Shown one piece after another: positions 31,930 through 44,588 of a DNA stretch of 64,000 bases. This stretch comes from Bacilli bacterium (GTDB lineage: Bacteria; Bacillota_I; Bacilli_A; RFN20; CAG-826): assembly GCA_045597865.1 (NCBI GenBank), contig JAZLKX010000028.1, forward strand, positions 1-64,000, written 5' to 3'. The stretch's first letter is position 1, and every line of letters begins with the position of its first letter. A program made the position numbers and the translations under genes. The notes beneath the pieces were generated by a model that saw only the letters and a program-made list of their open reading frames with translations, was not told the origin of the DNA and made no database searches.

Positions 31930-32400
31930 TTACCAACGGTAATGAGCATAAGCCTTGTTGGCTTCTGCCATCTTGTGTGTATCTTCTTTTTTCTTAACTG
32001 ATGCACCTGTTCCGTTTGCAGCATCGATAATTTCTCCGGCAAGTTTTTCTTCCATTGATTTTTCGTTTCTTAAACGGGCATAGGTGACTAACCAACGAAG
32101 TCCTAATGTAACTTTACGTTCTGCTGAAACTTCGACAGGGACTTGATAGTTGGCTGCGCCAATACGACGAACTTTAAGTTCGACTTCTGGCATAATGTTG
32201 TTGATTGCGGTTGCAAAGACATCCATTGCTGGTTTTCCAGACTTTTCTTCAATTCTCTTGAAGGCGTTATAAAGAATGGTTTGAGCAGTGCCTCTTTTTC
32301 CGTCAATCATAATACGATTGATTAATGCAGTGACCAATTTTGAATTATAAATTGGATCTGGCAAAACAGAGCGTTTTGCGACTTTACCTTTACGTGGCAT
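31930..32400 (-). CDS. rpsG: 30S ribosomal protein S7
   Basis: [36 protein letters not shown]. Confidence 0.99.
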   Translation of the reverse strand: MPRKGKVAKRSVLPDPIYNSKLVTALINRIMIDGKRGTAQTILYNAFKRIEEKSGKPAMDVFATAINNIMPEVELKVRRIGAANYQVPVEVSAERKVTLGLRWLVTYARLRNEKSMEEKLAGEIIDAANGTGASVKKKEDTHKMAEANKAYAHYRW

Positions 32401-32423
32401 ATTGTTTTCTCCTTTCTAAATAA

Positions 32424-32843
32424 CTATTCGGCTTTTCTTGGACGTTTGGTTCCGTATAAGCTTCTGCCTTGACGACGAGCTTCGATACCAGCACAGTCAA
32501 GAGTACCGCGAACGATGTGGTAACGAACACCTGGTAAGTCTTTAACACGGCCACCACGAATGATGACTGTGGAGTGCTCTTGTAAGTTGTGTCCTTCACC
32601 ACCGATGTATGCTGTGACTTCATATCCATTGGATAAGCGTACACGAGCGTATTTTCTAAGAGCTGAGTTTGGTTTCTTTGGTGTCATTGTTCCGACACGG
32701 GTACAAACGCCTCTCTTTTGAGCGGATGGTTGATCGCTTGTTGTAGATTTTAATGAATTCCATCTTTTACCAAGAGCTGGTGATTTGGACTTCTTCACTA
32801 ATCTTGAACGACCTTGTTTAACTAATTGATTAATAGTTGGCAT
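32424..32843 (-). CDS. rpsL: 30S ribosomal protein S12
   Basis: [30 protein letters not shown]. Start set at MPT behind SD AGGAGG. Confidence 0.99.
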   Translation of the reverse strand: MPTINQLVKQGRSRLVKKSKSPALGKRWNSLKSTTSDQPSAQKRGVCTRVGTMTPKKPNSALRKYARVRLSNGYEVTAYIGGEGHNLQEHSTVIIRGGRVKDLPGVRYHIVRGTLDCAGIEARRQGRSLYGTKRPRKAE

Positions 32844-32950
32844 TGATTGTCCTCCTTTCAATGATTCTATCTTATTGCACACATTCTCCGGTGTACCATA
32901 TTTCCGGTAAATATATAGACCCATCTCGGGTCCTTCGTGTGTCGACATAG

Positions 32951-32978
32951 ATTTTACTATCTATATATAGATTGTCAA
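32951..32978 (-). promoter_or_regulatory. rpsL operon promoter
   Basis: TTGACA-16-TAAAAT, followed by an approximately 100-nt leader with hairpins. Confidence 0.65.
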
Positions 32979-33009
32979 CAAATATTTTAATTATTATTTT
33001 TTAAATAAA

Positions 33010-33056
33010 GAAAAAGCTGGGTTTTAGGTTTCAAAAATTCCTATGTTTTCCCAGCT
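33010..33056 (-). terminator. terminator-like hairpin after metalloprotease
   Basis: AGCTGGG...CCCAGCT outer stem followed by TTTTCTTT. Confidence 0.5.
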
Positions 33057-34587
33057 ATTTTTTAGAAATCTCCACTTTTTCGAAGTCTATTTTGACTTTC
33101 GAGAACGTTGACCACTCGATTGAAATTTTGAATTCTAATTTGCCTTCTACATTCAAATTTAATTCAGGAATTTCATCACCATATCTGAAGAGGTTCGCGT
33201 CCACCGCTGCCCCTGCTTTCATTCCTTCTTCGTGATTTAAAATGAGGGAATAAAGATAATTTTCTTGGTACTTATCAGGCTCTAAATAGGTGTTATTATC
33301 GTGAGCAAATCCAACACTAATTTTTGAGGTTGGAGACATGCTTCCATAATCACAATAATCCTTGATTTTCTTGTTTTCGAAATAGGCGAGTCTTGCATCA
33401 ACATGATAAATTTTAACGCCTGGAACTCTAGGAAGTTTAGCCTCGCTATTCCCAACTGAAATATCATAAGAATTTAAACCAGTTGGAGTGTAATATTCAA
33501 ACAAATAATATTCATCAAATGGTGTGTGATTCCAATTGTTTGCAAGTAAAATTACATCACCTGTTTCGGTGAATGATTCAATCTCAATACCCGCGGTTGA
33601 ATTTACGTATGTTGGTTTTGTCCAATTAAGAAGCATCTTTGAAAAAGATGTTTCATCCCCAATTGAACAATCCATCATATCAATTCTGGCTGTTGGTTCT
33701 GGAATAACAAATTTATCGACCACTTCTTCCTCTTCGTCTTCTTCTGCTTTATCGGTTTTTTCTTCTGGAAAAATGGTTGGATAATAATCAGTTAATCCAA
33801 GCAAATGACCAGTTTCATGAATGTAAGTGTGAGCGTCTGGTTCACCATATTGTAAATACATAAATGATGAGCTAGACCATGAAAGTGGAACCTCACTAAA
33901 AGTGTAGGCCCAAAAGAAGCCAGATTCATCCTCTTTAGTATCAGAAATGCTAGGATGGGTATAAACCATGTAAATCGGCACGTTTTTGCCTGTTTTTAAG
34001 CCTTCTACTTCGTAGTCAGCGATATCATCATAATTTTCTTTGTACCAATCGATAACTTTTTTATAAACATCATTTGCTAAAGCATCACGATCTAATTTCT
34101 TTTCTCTAATCTTCTCGACAGAGTAAGGGAATGTATAAATCTTATCGCAAACTTTTCCATCAAGTTTTAATTTTCCATAACTTGATTTATTGAAGTATTC
34201 TCCTACCGAAACATAAGCATTGTTATTAGCAGATCCAAAGAAAGCTTTGTTAATTGCATCAATATATTGTTCATCACTAAGGAAAAGTTTATCTACTTTG
34301 TAGTCGCTAAATTCTACTGGTACAACAATAATCTTTTGTTCTCCAACAGATTTCAAATGACTTTGTTCAGCGTAATCTCTAAACATAGAGTAAGAATCAC
34401 CTAAATCAACTTCATTTTCACCTTTATTGTCCATAACTTTAAAGTTAAGGTATTCTTCTCTTGTGTCTTCTTTTTCTTGAATAAATTCAAAATGTACAAA
34501 TTTGTGTTCACCAAAATCACACCCAGATAAGGCTAAAGTACCCACGAGTGCGGTCGTAATAACAAACAAATTTCTTTTGAAATTCAT
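33055..34587 (-). CDS. M6/immune inhibitor A-like zinc metalloprotease lipoprotein
   Basis: ALSGC lipobox, VPVEFSD, SVGEYFNKSSYGKL, HETGHLLGLTDYY, DMMD, EYYLFEY, VKIYHVD. Confidence 0.85.
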   Translation of the reverse strand: MNFKRNLFVITTALVGTLALSGCDFGEHKFVHFEFIQEKEDTREEYLNFKVMDNKGENEVDLGDSYSMFRDYAEQSHLKSVGEQKIIVVPVEFSDYKVDKLFLSDEQYIDAINKAFFGSANNNAYVSVGEYFNKSSYGKLKLDGKVCDKIYTFPYSVEKIREKKLDRDALANDVYKKVIDWYKENYDDIADYEVEGLKTGKNVPIYMVYTHPSISDTKEDESGFFWAYTFSEVPLSWSSSSFMYLQYGEPDAHTYIHETGHLLGLTDYYPTIFPEEKTDKAEEDEEEEVVDKFVIPEPTARIDMMDCSIGDETSFSKMLLNWTKPTYVNSTAGIEIESFTETGDVILLANNWNHTPFDEYYLFEYYTPTGLNSYDISVGNSEAKLPRVPGVKIYHVDARLAYFENKKIKDYCDYGSMSPTSKISVGFAHDNNTYLEPDKYQENYLYSLILNHEEGMKAGAAVDANLFRYGDEIPELNLNVEGKLEFKISIEWSTFSKVKIDFEKVEISKK

Positions 34588-34705
34588 GCCTTTATTATAA
34601 CCAAATTTAACCAAAATAAAAGAACGAGTGAAAACTCACTTCATTTTTAGCCATAGAAGCTAGTCTTCGTATGGCTCGATTTTTCACCTATTTTCTTTTA
34701 AAAAG

Positions 34706-34737
34706 AAAAAGGTTACCGGAATTAACCAGTAACCTTT
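34706..34737 (-). terminator. rpoC terminator
   Basis: AAAGGTTACTGG...CCGGTAACCTTTTT. Confidence 0.85.
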
Positions 34738-34745
34738 AAGAAATT

Positions 34746-37700
34746 TTAGTCTTGATCTTCTGGACGATCGTGAACTTCAATATACTGTTTCTTAACTTCT
34801 TTCATTCTGTTCTTAACAGTGAATTTAGCTAAGGACTCTTCAGCTTCTTCTTCGGTTAATAAACCGGTACCTGCTGGAATGAGTTTACCAGTAATGACGT
34901 TTTCCTTAAGTCCATGGAGAGCATCGTGTTTTTCTTTAATTGATGCATCAGTAAGAACACGTGTTGTTTCTTGGAAGGATGCAGCTGATAAGAAGGACTT
35001 AGTTTCAAGAGCTGCCTTGGTAATACCAAGGATAAGTTGTCTTGCAACTGCTGGGCGTTTGCCTGTAAATAAGGCGTCTTCGTTTCTAGCTGTAAATTCT
35101 TCAATATCAAGTCTTGTTCCAGGAACCATGTCAGTATCACCACTATCGACGACAACAACTTTCTTAAGCATTTGTCTAACGATAACTTCGATGTGTTTAT
35201 CGGAAATTCCGATACCTTGAGCACGGTAAACCTTTTGAATTTCCTTGAGGATGTAGTTTTCAACACGAACGTTGTCACTAACTTCAAGTAATTGTTTTGG
35301 AGCAATAGCACCTTCGGTGATCTTACCACCATTGAACACGTGATCACCAACTTTGACTCTTAAGTGAGCACCATAGCTGGAGATGTATGTTCTTTCTTCA
35401 AGATCGTTCTTGACTGTGACGTGGTAACGTCCGCCTTGTTCTTCAATCTTAGCAATCTTACCATCGATTTCAGAAATGAGAGCTTCACCTTTTGGATTAC
35501 GTGCTTCAACAAGTTCTTGAACTCTTGGAAGACCTTGAGTAATATCTGAGCCAACAACACCACCGGTATTGAATGTTCTCATTGTTAACTGAGTACCTGG
35601 TTCACCAATGGATTGGGCTGCCATAATACCAACTGCTTCGCCTTTCTTGACGAGTTCGCCGGTAGCAAGGTTTTTACCATAACAATGGACACAAACACCA
35701 TTTTTAGTTTCACATCCGAATAATGAACGGATTTCAACTTCTTTGATGCCTGCTTTAACGATTGCTTTAGCATCGTTTTCACTAATCATTGTATTGGCTG
35801 GAACGATAACTTCACCATTTGCTGGGTTAACGATTGCTCTAAGAGAGAATCTACCAACAAGTCTATCTTCAAGTGGGACGATAACAGCATCACGTGAGCT
35901 ATCTCTAATTTCAAAGACTACGAAGCCATGGTCTGTTCCACAATCGTCTTCTCTAACGATAACGTCTTGAGAAACGTCAACAAGTCTACGTGTAAGATAA
36001 CCTGAGTCAGCTGTCTTTAAGGCTGTATCAGCACCACCCTTACGGGCACCGTGAGTTGCAATAAAGAACTCGGAGACAGAAGCACCTTCACGGAAACATG
36101 ATTTAACTGGTGTTTCAATTTCTTCACCTTTTGGGTTAGCCATAAGGCCACGAACACCGGATAATTGAAGAATGTTAGACATGTTACCACGAGCACCGGA
36201 ATCAGACATCATGAAGATTGGGTTACGTTTATCAGCATAGAATTGAACTTCAAGTTTATCCTTCGCTTCACTACGAACGCCATTCCAAATATCAACGATT
36301 TCTTTGTGGTGTTCTTCTTTAGTAAGAAGACCTTTAGAATAAAGTCTATTAATTTGATCGACTTTAACATCGCCTTTCTTAACGATTTCATCTTTACCTT
36401 TAAGCATTGGAATATCGCTAAGAGAAATTGTAAATCCTGCGCATGTAGAATACTTGAAACCTTGGTCTTTCATCTTATCAAGGACAGCTGATGTCTTTGA
36501 TGTACCATATCTATGGTAAATTTCATCAATGATTTGTCCAAGGTGTTTCTTCTTATATGGAGCATGGATTGGAGCGTTATGAATTGCTTCCTTGAGATTT
36601 GTTCCCATTGGTACAAAGTATTCAAGAAGATCACCTTTGAGGTTTTCTTTCTTGTCTGAGTCATTTAAGAATGGGAATTCTGCTGGGAAGATAAGGTTGA
36701 AGATAACTTTACCGACAGTTGTGAGTAAGTAAGACTTATTCATTTCTTCGGTGAAGCCTGTCTTCTTTAAGGCAGCACCCTTAATTGCGATTCTGGTGTG
36801 AAGGTGAGCTTGTTTTGTTTGATAAGCTGCGATAACTTCGTCAACAGATTTGAAGACTTTAGCTTCACAATTACCATAAATGGTAAAGAGCTCATATTCT
36901 TCCATATCGCCTCTGTCTTTTCTTCTACCTGCACGAGCAAGTAAATCTTCTTTGGTTTCTTCAAGAGTAAGGTAGTAGTTTCCTAAAACCATGTCTTGTG
37001 ATGGAGTAACGATTGGTTTTCCATCTTTAGGACCAAGAATGTTGTTTGATGCAAGCATCAAATTAAGAGCTTCTTGTTGGGCTGCTTTAGAAAGTGGAAG
37101 GTGAACGGCCATTTGGTCACCATCGAAGTCAGCGTTGAATCCTGTACAAACAAGTGGGTGAAGACGAATTGCACGTCCATCAACAAGTTTTGGTTGGAAT
37201 GCTTGAATACCAAGACGGTGAAGTGTTGGAGCACGGTTAAGAAGTACTGGGTGATCGCTAATAATCTCTTCGACAATGTCAAATACGATTGGTTCACGAG
37301 CATCAATAATTCTGTCAGCGGCTTTATGTGCGCTCACGTATCCGCGTTTAATTAAGAGGTTTGCAATGTATGGGCGTAAAAGGGAAATAGCCATTTCTCT
37401 TGGAAGTCCACATTGATACATCTTAAGATCTGGTCCAACGGCAATAACGGAACGACCTGAATAGTCGACACGTTTACCGAGTAAGTTCTGTCTGAAACGA
37501 CCTTGTTTACCCTTTAAGCTTGAGCTTAAGGATTTGAGTGGTCTTCCAGATGGACCTTGAACTGGTTTATTTCTACGACCGTTATCAATTAATGCATCAA
37601 CTGCTTCTTGAAGCATACGGCGGGCGTTCATTAAGATAACGTTTGGTGCGTTAATATCAATGAACTTTTTAAGACGTGTGTTACGCATGATGACTCTACG

Positions 37701-38606
37701 ATAGAGATCGTTTAAGTCACTTGCTGCGAAACGACCACCGTCAAGTTGAAGCATTGGACGTAGATCTGGTGGAATAACTGGAATAACGTCAAGAACCATC
37801 CATTCTGGCTTGTTGTCAGATTGTCTGAAGGCTTGAATTGCTTCAAGTCTTTTGATAGCTTTGGTACGTTTTTGTCCAGTTGAGGTTTTAACTTCTTCAG
37901 AAACTTTTAAGAAATCTTCTTCAAGATTGACTTCTTTTAAGAGTCTCTTCACTGCTTCTGCACCTTCGCCGAATTCAGCACCGGTGTATTTGCTAATGAA
38001 TCTTGCTGTTGTTAAGAAATCAAATGGTTCTTGTGGAAGAGCAAGTTTCTTAACCATATCTTCTGCTTTTTCTGCATCAAGTGAACCTGCCTCAATTAAT
38101 GGGGTGATTTCTTGAATGACTGCAATAAATACATCTCTTGCGGTCTTTTCATCAAGGAATTCGCGGTATTTTAATACTTTTGAGTTACCTGGATTTAAGC
38201 AGATATGTGATACGAAGTAGACAACTTCTTCGAGTTGTTTTGGAGGAATGTCGAGGATTAAAGAAATTCTTGAAGGAATACCTTTGAGGTACCAGATGTG
38301 GGTACATGGAGAAACAAGTTCAATGTGACCCATTCTTTCTCTACGAACATCTTTAGAAATAACTTCGACACCACACTTTTCACAAACCATGCCTGCGTAT
38401 CTGATCTTTTTATACTTACCACAGTGACATTCATAGTCTTTGGAAGGACCAAAGATTTTTTCACAGAATAAGCCTTGCATTTCTGGTTTTTGTGAACGGT
38501 AGTTAATTGTTTCTGGTTTGGTAACTTCACCATGTGACCACTCACGAATACGGTCAGGAGAAGCAAGACCAACTTGAATTCCAGCTAATTTTGAAACGTC
38601 AAACAT
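34746..38606 (-). CDS. rpoC: RNA polymerase beta' subunit
   Basis: [19 protein letters not shown], Zn-binding Cys clusters, [11 protein letters not shown]. Confidence 0.99.
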   Translation of the reverse strand: MFDVSKLAGIQVGLASPDRIREWSHGEVTKPETINYRSQKPEMQGLFCEKIFGPSKDYECHCGKYKKIRYAGMVCEKCGVEVISKDVRRERMGHIELVSPCTHIWYLKGIPSRISLILDIPPKQLEEVVYFVSHICLNPGNSKVLKYREFLDEKTARDVFIAVIQEITPLIEAGSLDAEKAEDMVKKLALPQEPFDFLTTARFISKYTGAEFGEGAEAVKRLLKEVNLEEDFLKVSEEVKTSTGQKRTKAIKRLEAIQAFRQSDNKPEWMVLDVIPVIPPDLRPMLQLDGGRFAASDLNDLYRRVIMRNTRLKKFIDINAPNVILMNARRMLQEAVDALIDNGRRNKPVQGPSGRPLKSLSSSLKGKQGRFRQNLLGKRVDYSGRSVIAVGPDLKMYQCGLPREMAISLLRPYIANLLIKRGYVSAHKAADRIIDAREPIVFDIVEEIISDHPVLLNRAPTLHRLGIQAFQPKLVDGRAIRLHPLVCTGFNADFDGDQMAVHLPLSKAAQQEALNLMLASNNILGPKDGKPIVTPSQDMVLGNYYLTLEETKEDLLARAGRRKDRGDMEEYELFTIYGNCEAKVFKSVDEVIAAYQTKQAHLHTRIAIKGAALKKTGFTEEMNKSYLLTTVGKVIFNLIFPAEFPFLNDSDKKENLKGDLLEYFVPMGTNLKEAIHNAPIHAPYKKKHLGQIIDEIYHRYGTSKTSAVLDKMKDQGFKYSTCAGFTISLSDIPMLKGKDEIVKKGDVKVDQINRLYSKGLLTKEEHHKEIVDIWNGVRSEAKDKLEVQFYADKRNPIFMMSDSGARGNMSNILQLSGVRGLMANPKGEEIETPVKSCFREGASVSEFFIATHGARKGGADTALKTADSGYLTRRLVDVSQDVIVREDDCGTDHGFVVFEIRDSSRDAVIVPLEDRLVGRFSLRAIVNPANGEVIVPANTMISENDAKAIVKAGIKEVEIRSLFGCETKNGVCVHCYGKNLATGELVKKGEAVGIMAAQSIGEPGTQLTMRTFNTGGVVGSDITQGLPRVQELVEARNPKGEALISEIDGKIAKIEEQGGRYHVTVKNDLEERTYISSYGAHLRVKVGDHVFNGGKITEGAIAPKQLLEVSDNVRVENYILKEIQKVYRAQGIGISDKHIEVIVRQMLKKVVVVDSGDTDMVPGTRLDIEEFTARNEDALFTGKRPAVARQLILGITKAALETKSFLSAASFQETTRVLTDASIKEKHDALHGLKENVITGKLIPAGTGLLTEEEAEESLAKFTVKNRMKEVKKQYIEVHDRPEDQD

Positions 38607-38624
38607 AATCTAAATCTCCTTTCC

Positions 38625-41600
38625 TTATTTCTCGAGGTATTCGTTAGCATCTTCATCGCTAACAATACCGAGTTCGTCACTGTGGTTTTCACCAGTGAGG
38701 TTACGAATAGATGAATTAATCTTACGCTCTTCTTTTTGAGCTTCTCTTGCGAGGGCTTCAGTATCGATCTTATGACCGTCTTTGTCGACTAATCTAACAT
38801 CCATACAAAGTGCGCTTAATTCTTTAACAAGAACATTGAATGCCTCAGGAATGCCTGGTTCAGGAATGTCTTGTCCTTTAATAATTGCTTCGTAGGTTTT
38901 TCTACGACCGACTCTATCATCGGATTTAATGGTTAAGATTTCTTGTAATGTGTGGGAAGCACCATAAGCTTCAAGAGCCCAGACTTCCATTTCACCGAAT
39001 CTTTGACCACCGTTTTGAGCTTTACCACCAAGTGGTTGTTGTGTAACTAAGCTGTATGGTCCTGTTGCACGGGCGTGAATCTTATCATCAACCATGTGGA
39101 CGAGCTTAATCATATACATAACGCCAACGGAGATTCTTTCATCGAATCTTTCACCGGTACGGCCATCGTATAAGACAGTCTTACCATCTTTATCAAGTCC
39201 AGCTTTATCCATTAAATCATAGATTTCTTCGTTGCTAATACCGTCAAAGACTGGTGTAGCAATCTTAATACCAAGTTTTTGGCAAGCAAGACCTAAGTGA
39301 ATTTCGAGAATCTGACCGATGTTCATACGAGATGGAACACCGAGTGGGTTTAACATGATGTCAACTGGAGTACCATCGGCAAGGTATGGCATATCTTCGA
39401 CTGGAAGAATACGTGAAATAACACCTTTGTTACCGTGACGTCCTGACATCTTATCACCTTCAGAGATTTTTCTCTTTTGAGCGATATAAACTCTAACGGA
39501 TTTCTTAACTCCTGGAGGGAGTTCATCGCCATTTTCTCTTGTGGCGATCTTAACATCTACAACGATACCTGCACCACCGTGTGGAACACGTAATGAGGAA
39601 TCCTTTGTATCTTTTGTCTTTTCAGCAAAGATGGCCATAAGAAGTTTTTCTTCTGGAGTTGGTTCACTTTGTCCTTTTGGAGTTGTTTTACCAACAAGAA
39701 TGTCGCCTTCTTTAACTTCAACACCTTTAAGAATAATGCCGTCTTCATCTAAGTAAGCGCGTGCTTCTTCGGAAACGTTTGGAATATCACGAGTAATTTC
39801 CTCTGGACCAAGTTTTGTGTCACGGCAATCAATTGTGTATTCTTCGATGTGAATTGTTGTGTAGACATCATCTTTGACAAGACGCTCAGACATAATGACA
39901 GCGTCTTCGTAGTTATAACCATCCCAGGTCATAAATGCGATGGTAACGTTTTGACCTAATGCAAGGTCACCATTCTTCATGGATGGACCATCTGCGATTA
40001 CATCGCCTGGTTTAACTTTATCGCCAACTTTGACAATAGCAGTTTGGTTAATACATGTGCCTTGATTTGAACGTTGGAATTTTTGTAAATCATAGACACG
40101 TTTGCCTTTTGCTTCTTTGACAATAATTTGTCTAGAGTCAACGTATTCAACAGTACCTTCTGATGCAGAAATAACTGCTAAACCTGCGTCTTTTGCGACT
40201 CTATGTTCAACGCCTGTTCCAACATATGGAACTTCTGGACGAAGAAGTGGCAAGGCTTGACGTTGCATGTTAGCACCCATAAGAGCACGCTTTGCGTCGT
40301 CGTTCTCAAGGAATGGAATACATGCAGCAGCAATAGAAACGATTTGTTTTGGGCTAACGTCGATGTAGTCAATTAAATCTGGTGAAACTAATACGTTTTC
40401 GCCATTGTGACGTGCGACAACTTCTTCATCAGTAATGAATCCGTTTTCGTCAATCTTAACGTTAGCTTGTGCGATATAGTGATCGCGTTCCATGTCTGCT
40501 GATAAGTAGACAGATTTGTCTGTGACTTTTCCGCCTTTTTCAACAACACGGAATGGAGTTTCAATAAAGCCATAGCTATTAACTTTTGCGTATGTAGCTA
40601 AGTTATTGATAAGACCAATGTTTTGACCTTCTGGAGTTTCAATTGGACAAATACGACCGTAGTGTGTTGGGTGAACGTCACGGACAGCCATAGATGCTCT
40701 ATCACGGGTAATACCGCCTTGACCTAAAGCGGAAATACGACGTTTATTTGCTAACTCTGAAAGTGGGTTTGTTTGATCCATGAATTGTGAAAGTTGTGAA
40801 CTTGCAAAGAATTCACGGATTGTGGATGTTAATGGTTTGATGTTCATTAATGATTTGATAGAAGAAGTCTTCATATCAGAAATGGACATCTTTTGTTGAA
40901 CGGTTTTGACCATCTTGGTTAAGCCGATTCTGAATTGTGTTTGAATTAATTCACCAACACAACGAATACGTCTGTTGCCAAGGTTATCAATATCATCGAC
41001 ATCACCGAATCCTGCCATAATATTCATTAAATAAGAGAAGATAGCAATAATATCGGAGAATGTGAGGCATTCAACTGTGAGGTTAAGATCTGTACCGACA
41101 ACGTTTTGGACTTCATCCATCTTTTCGTCGACATAGACTTTAACCATATTAACTTTACCAGAGAATCCTTGAGCGATTTCTGGATCAGCTTTACCTTTTG
41201 GAGCGGCTCTATCGAGTGCTTCAATAAGGGCTTTATTTGCTTTAACTGTTATCTCATGGGCTCCTTTTTCAAAGAATTCTTCATCCATGAGGTGTAAGAC
41301 GTCTGACTTGGAAATGTATTCGCCTTTCATCTTAACAATTTCGCCATCTGCAGAAACTAAGTTTTCAGCAAGATAACGACCTGCTAAACGGTTATAGATA
41401 CCGAGTTTGCTACGATATTTATAACGTCCGGCTCTACCTAAGTCATAACGTTTGTGATCAAAGAATTTTTGGATTAAGAAGTTTGCAACACCTTCTGGAG
41501 TAATTGGCTCGCCTGGTTTTAACTTCTTGAAAATGTAAACTAAAGCATCAAATGGGGTGACAATGTCTTTATCCTTTTCAACTGTTGCTTCAAGCATTTC

Positions 41601-42245
41601 ATTTCTACCAAAAAGTTTTCTTAACATCTTTGGATCATCAAGACCTAAAGCTTTAAGAATAATGGTTGCTGGCATCTTCTTTTGACGGTCGATGCGGACA
41701 TTAATTAATCCTTTTTGATCAGTTTCGAATTCTAACCATGTGCCACGGGATGGGATTAAATCGGCATTGTAAATCATCTTGCCGGATTTATCCATTTCAG
41801 TTGAAATGTATGCACCTGGTGAACGAACGATTTGGGAAACAATAACTCTTTCTGCACCATTGACAATGAATGTTCCAGATTCAGTCATAAGTGGGATATC
41901 ACCCATGAAGACTTCTTCTTCCTTCATTTCACCATCACCAACATTACGTAAACGTAATTTAACGTAAAGTTTTGATGAGTAAGTGTAATCGTGTTCCTTA
42001 CATTTTAAGTATGAATACTTTGGTTCTCTTAACTCACAAGAAATGAAATCAATGAATGATGTTTCTGTGTAAGAGGCAATTGGGAAGACTTCGTTCATGA
42101 CTTCTTGAATGCCTTTTTCTAAGAACCATTTGTAGGAATCTGTTTGAATTTCTACAAGATTTGGTAACTCAAGACTTCCTGAAATTTTGGAGAAGTTAAT
42201 TCTACCAGTAGGAAGTAATGGGTAATCTTTATAAGATTTGTTCAT
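38625..42245 (-). CDS. rpoB: RNA polymerase beta subunit
   Basis: [33 protein letters not shown]. Confidence 0.99.
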   Translation of the reverse strand: MNKSYKDYPLLPTGRINFSKISGSLELPNLVEIQTDSYKWFLEKGIQEVMNEVFPIASYTETSFIDFISCELREPKYSYLKCKEHDYTYSSKLYVKLRLRNVGDGEMKEEEVFMGDIPLMTESGTFIVNGAERVIVSQIVRSPGAYISTEMDKSGKMIYNADLIPSRGTWLEFETDQKGLINVRIDRQKKMPATIILKALGLDDPKMLRKLFGRNEMLEATVEKDKDIVTPFDALVYIFKKLKPGEPITPEGVANFLIQKFFDHKRYDLGRAGRYKYRSKLGIYNRLAGRYLAENLVSADGEIVKMKGEYISKSDVLHLMDEEFFEKGAHEITVKANKALIEALDRAAPKGKADPEIAQGFSGKVNMVKVYVDEKMDEVQNVVGTDLNLTVECLTFSDIIAIFSYLMNIMAGFGDVDDIDNLGNRRIRCVGELIQTQFRIGLTKMVKTVQQKMSISDMKTSSIKSLMNIKPLTSTIREFFASSQLSQFMDQTNPLSELANKRRISALGQGGITRDRASMAVRDVHPTHYGRICPIETPEGQNIGLINNLATYAKVNSYGFIETPFRVVEKGGKVTDKSVYLSADMERDHYIAQANVKIDENGFITDEEVVARHNGENVLVSPDLIDYIDVSPKQIVSIAAACIPFLENDDAKRALMGANMQRQALPLLRPEVPYVGTGVEHRVAKDAGLAVISASEGTVEYVDSRQIIVKEAKGKRVYDLQKFQRSNQGTCINQTAIVKVGDKVKPGDVIADGPSMKNGDLALGQNVTIAFMTWDGYNYEDAVIMSERLVKDDVYTTIHIEEYTIDCRDTKLGPEEITRDIPNVSEEARAYLDEDGIILKGVEVKEGDILVGKTTPKGQSEPTPEEKLLMAIFAEKTKDTKDSSLRVPHGGAGIVVDVKIATRENGDELPPGVKKSVRVYIAQKRKISEGDKMSGRHGNKGVISRILPVEDMPYLADGTPVDIMLNPLGVPSRMNIGQILEIHLGLACQKLGIKIATPVFDGISNEEIYDLMDKAGLDKDGKTVLYDGRTGERFDERISVGVMYMIKLVHMVDDKIHARATGPYSLVTQQPLGGKAQNGGQRFGEMEVWALEAYGASHTLQEILTIKSDDRVGRRKTYEAIIKGQDIPEPGIPEAFNVLVKELSALCMDVRLVDKDGHKIDTEALAREAQKEERKINSSIRNLTGENHSDELGIVSDEDANEYLEK

Positions 42246-42258
42246 TATTTGGCTCCTT

Positions 42259-42861
42259 TCAATTCACTTTTGAAGCTTTAAGGATGTAATAACCTTTTTC
42301 CCTAGCTAGAACAGCTACGTTTCCAAACAGCTCTTCTAGGTAGGTCTTTACGGATAAAGCACCCTGCTGCTTTCTAATAACTATATAAAGTGAACCGCCA
42401 TCAACTAGATGAGATAACGCACCTTTATAGATTTCGTAGGTAACTTTCTTACCAGCACGAATAGGTGGGTTACTCACAATTGAATCGTATTTTCCTTCAA
42501 TCTCTAAATAGATGTCACTTTGAAGGACAGTGACTCGTTGGCCTAACTTGAGCGTGGTTGCGTTGCGCATACACAAGCCTAGCGCGCGCATGTTAACGTC
42601 TGAACAAGTGACGTTTAACCCTGGGTGGAAATATGCCAATGTTAAGCCTATCGGGCCTATTCCACAACCAAGATCTAATAAGTTTGATCCAAGATCAAGG
42701 GGAAGGAGCGTCTCAATGAGAAGCTCACTTCCCTTATCTAATTTATTCTTGGAAAAAACACCGGCATCCGATTCTAAAGAGAAATTTACGTTATTAAAAA
42801 CGTAATAAACATTTCTTGGACTTGATTCCAAGGTTTCATCATTTTCAAAATAATGAGACAT
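42259..42861 (-). CDS. class I SAM methyltransferase (RsmC/YbxB-like)
   Basis: [22 protein letters not shown]; conserved position between rplL and rpoB. Confidence 0.92.
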   Translation of the reverse strand: MSHYFENDETLESSPRNVYYVFNNVNFSLESDAGVFSKNKLDKGSELLIETLLPLDLGSNLLDLGCGIGPIGLTLAYFHPGLNVTCSDVNMRALGLCMRNATTLKLGQRVTVLQSDIYLEIEGKYDSIVSNPPIRAGKKVTYEIYKGALSHLVDGGSLYIVIRKQQGALSVKTYLEELFGNVAVLAREKGYYILKASKVN

Positions 42862-42894
42862 CTTTAGATACGGATAAGAATTGAATTAAATAAA

Positions 42895-43272
42895 TTATTT
42901 AATTTCAACTTCTGCACCAGCAGCAACAAGAGCTTTCTTGTGTTCTTCTGCTTCAACTGGTGAAATGTGTTCTTTAATGTTGCATGGTGCACCATCAACA
43001 AGTTTCTTTGCATCCATAAGTCCGAGACCTGTGATTGCTTGAACTGCTTTGATGACTGCGACTTTTTGCATACCGCATGCTTTAAGAACTAATGTAACGT
43101 CTGTTGGTCCTTTTGCAGCTTCTTCTTCTGCTGGAGCTGCTGCTGGGCCTGCTGCTGCGACTGCTGCAGTGACGCCAAATTCTGCTTCAACGGCTTTGAC
43201 AAGATCGTTTAATTCAACGATTGACATTTCCTTTAATGAAGCAATGATTTCTTCGTTTGTTAACTTTGCCAT
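42895..43272 (-). CDS. rplL: 50S ribosomal protein L7/L12
   Basis: [15 protein letters not shown], Ala-rich hinge, [12 protein letters not shown]. Confidence 0.98.
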   Translation of the reverse strand: MAKLTNEEIIASLKEMSIVELNDLVKAVEAEFGVTAAVAAAGPAAAPAEEEAAKGPTDVTLVLKACGMQKVAVIKAVQAITGLGLMDAKKLVDGAPCNIKEHISPVEAEEHKKALVAAGAEVEIK

Positions 43273-43293
43273 AATAAGTTCCTCCTATAGGCA

Positions 43294-43782
43294 TTAATTT
43301 TTGCTATCCGCAACTGCTTTGACTGTAGCAGCGAATTTTTGGATAGGTGCATTTAAGCACGATAAGAACATGGATAATAAACCGTTCTTGTCTGGTAATG
43401 ATGCAATTGTCTTCATTCCTGCTGCATCCATGACTTTACCTTCAGCTAAACCTGCTTTGATTACTAAGAGTTCATTTTTCTTAGCAAATTTTGCAAGTAC
43501 TTTTGGTCCAGCATTGATTTCTTTGGAGAAGACGTAGGCATTTGAACCAGTTAAGTATTGGTCAAGTTCACTGTAGCCAAGATCTGCGCTTGCTTTTGTA
43601 ACAAGTGTGTTCTTGTAAACATTGAATGATGCACCAACGGCTTTAAGTTGCTTTCTAAGATCGCTTAATTCAGCGACTGTTAATCCACGATATTCGACAA
43701 TTGTCAAAGATGCTGAATCTTTAAAGGAATCGCTAATCTTTGCAACAATCTCTTTCTTGGACTTGAGAGTTTCTTGATTCAT
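43294..43782 (-). CDS. rplJ: 50S ribosomal protein L10
   Basis: EYRGLTV, VYKNTL, ASLP; synteny. Confidence 0.97.
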   Translation of the reverse strand: MNQETLKSKKEIVAKISDSFKDSASLTIVEYRGLTVAELSDLRKQLKAVGASFNVYKNTLVTKASADLGYSELDQYLTGSNAYVFSKEINAGPKVLAKFAKKNELLVIKAGLAEGKVMDAAGMKTIASLPDKNGLLSMFLSCLNAPIQKFAATVKAVADSKN

Positions 43783-43809
43783 TGTTCTACCTCCTTTTTT
43801 TAATAGTCA

Positions 43810-43886
43810 ATTTGAGGCTCCAATATATTGGTTTTAATACACCTCGGTAACATTATTAAGCCCCGTGGCCGTTACTGTCTTAGATA
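43810..43886 (-). ncRNA. L10 leader (autoregulatory cis element)
   Basis: CTAAGACAGTAAC...GTTACCGAGG kink-turn-like core upstream of rplJ. Confidence 0.75.
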
Positions 43887-43905
43887 TATTGTGCTCTTTA
43901 ATCAA

Positions 43906-44586
43906 TTATTCGCCGATTGCGAAGTGAATTGATGGGCCCATTGTAGTATGTACAACGGCATTTTTGATGTAGGTACCTTTTACAGCAGCTGGTCTCACTC
44001 TTAAGAGTGTTGAGACTAATGCTTCAAGGTTCTCTACGAGTTTGGCACTGTCGAAGCTAACACGACCGATTGATAAATGCATATTTGCATCTTTATCGAG
44101 ACGGTATTCAACTTTTCCAAGTTTGAATTCTTTGATTGCTTTAGCAATATCTGGTGCAACTGTTCCTGCTTTTGGGTTTGGCATTAAGCCTTTTGGACCT
44201 AAAATACGAGCAATTTTACCAAGTTCGCCCATCATTTCTGGTGTAGCGACGATTACATCGAATTCGAACCAATTCTCTTTTTGGATTTTTTCAATTAATT
44301 CCTTGCCTCCGGCAAAATCCGCACCGGCTGCTTTTGCATCCTCAACCTTGGATGTGATTGCGCAAATCTTTTTGCTCTTTCCGTTTCCGTTTGGGAGTAT
44401 GAGAGTACCTCTGATTTGTTGATCTGCTTGTGTGGTATCAACATTAAAATGGAATGAGACATCGACTGTTGCGTCAAATTTGACGGTTGATGTTTTCTTG
44501 ACAAGATCACATGCTTCCTTAATGGAATAAACCTTTGTGGAATCTACGAGTTCTGCGACCTTTTTGTAGTTCTTACCGAATTTCAT
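43906..44586 (-). CDS. rplA: 50S ribosomal protein L1
   Basis: KFDATV, LGPKGLMPNPK, TMGP. Confidence 0.98.
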   Translation of the reverse strand: MKFGKNYKKVAELVDSTKVYSIKEACDLVKKTSTVKFDATVDVSFHFNVDTTQADQQIRGTLILPNGNGKSKKICAITSKVEDAKAAGADFAGGKELIEKIQKENWFEFDVIVATPEMMGELGKIARILGPKGLMPNPKAGTVAPDIAKAIKEFKLGKVEYRLDKDANMHLSIGRVSFDSAKLVENLEALVSTLLRVRPAAVKGTYIKNAVVHTTMGPSIHFAIGE

Positions 44587-44588
44587 AA

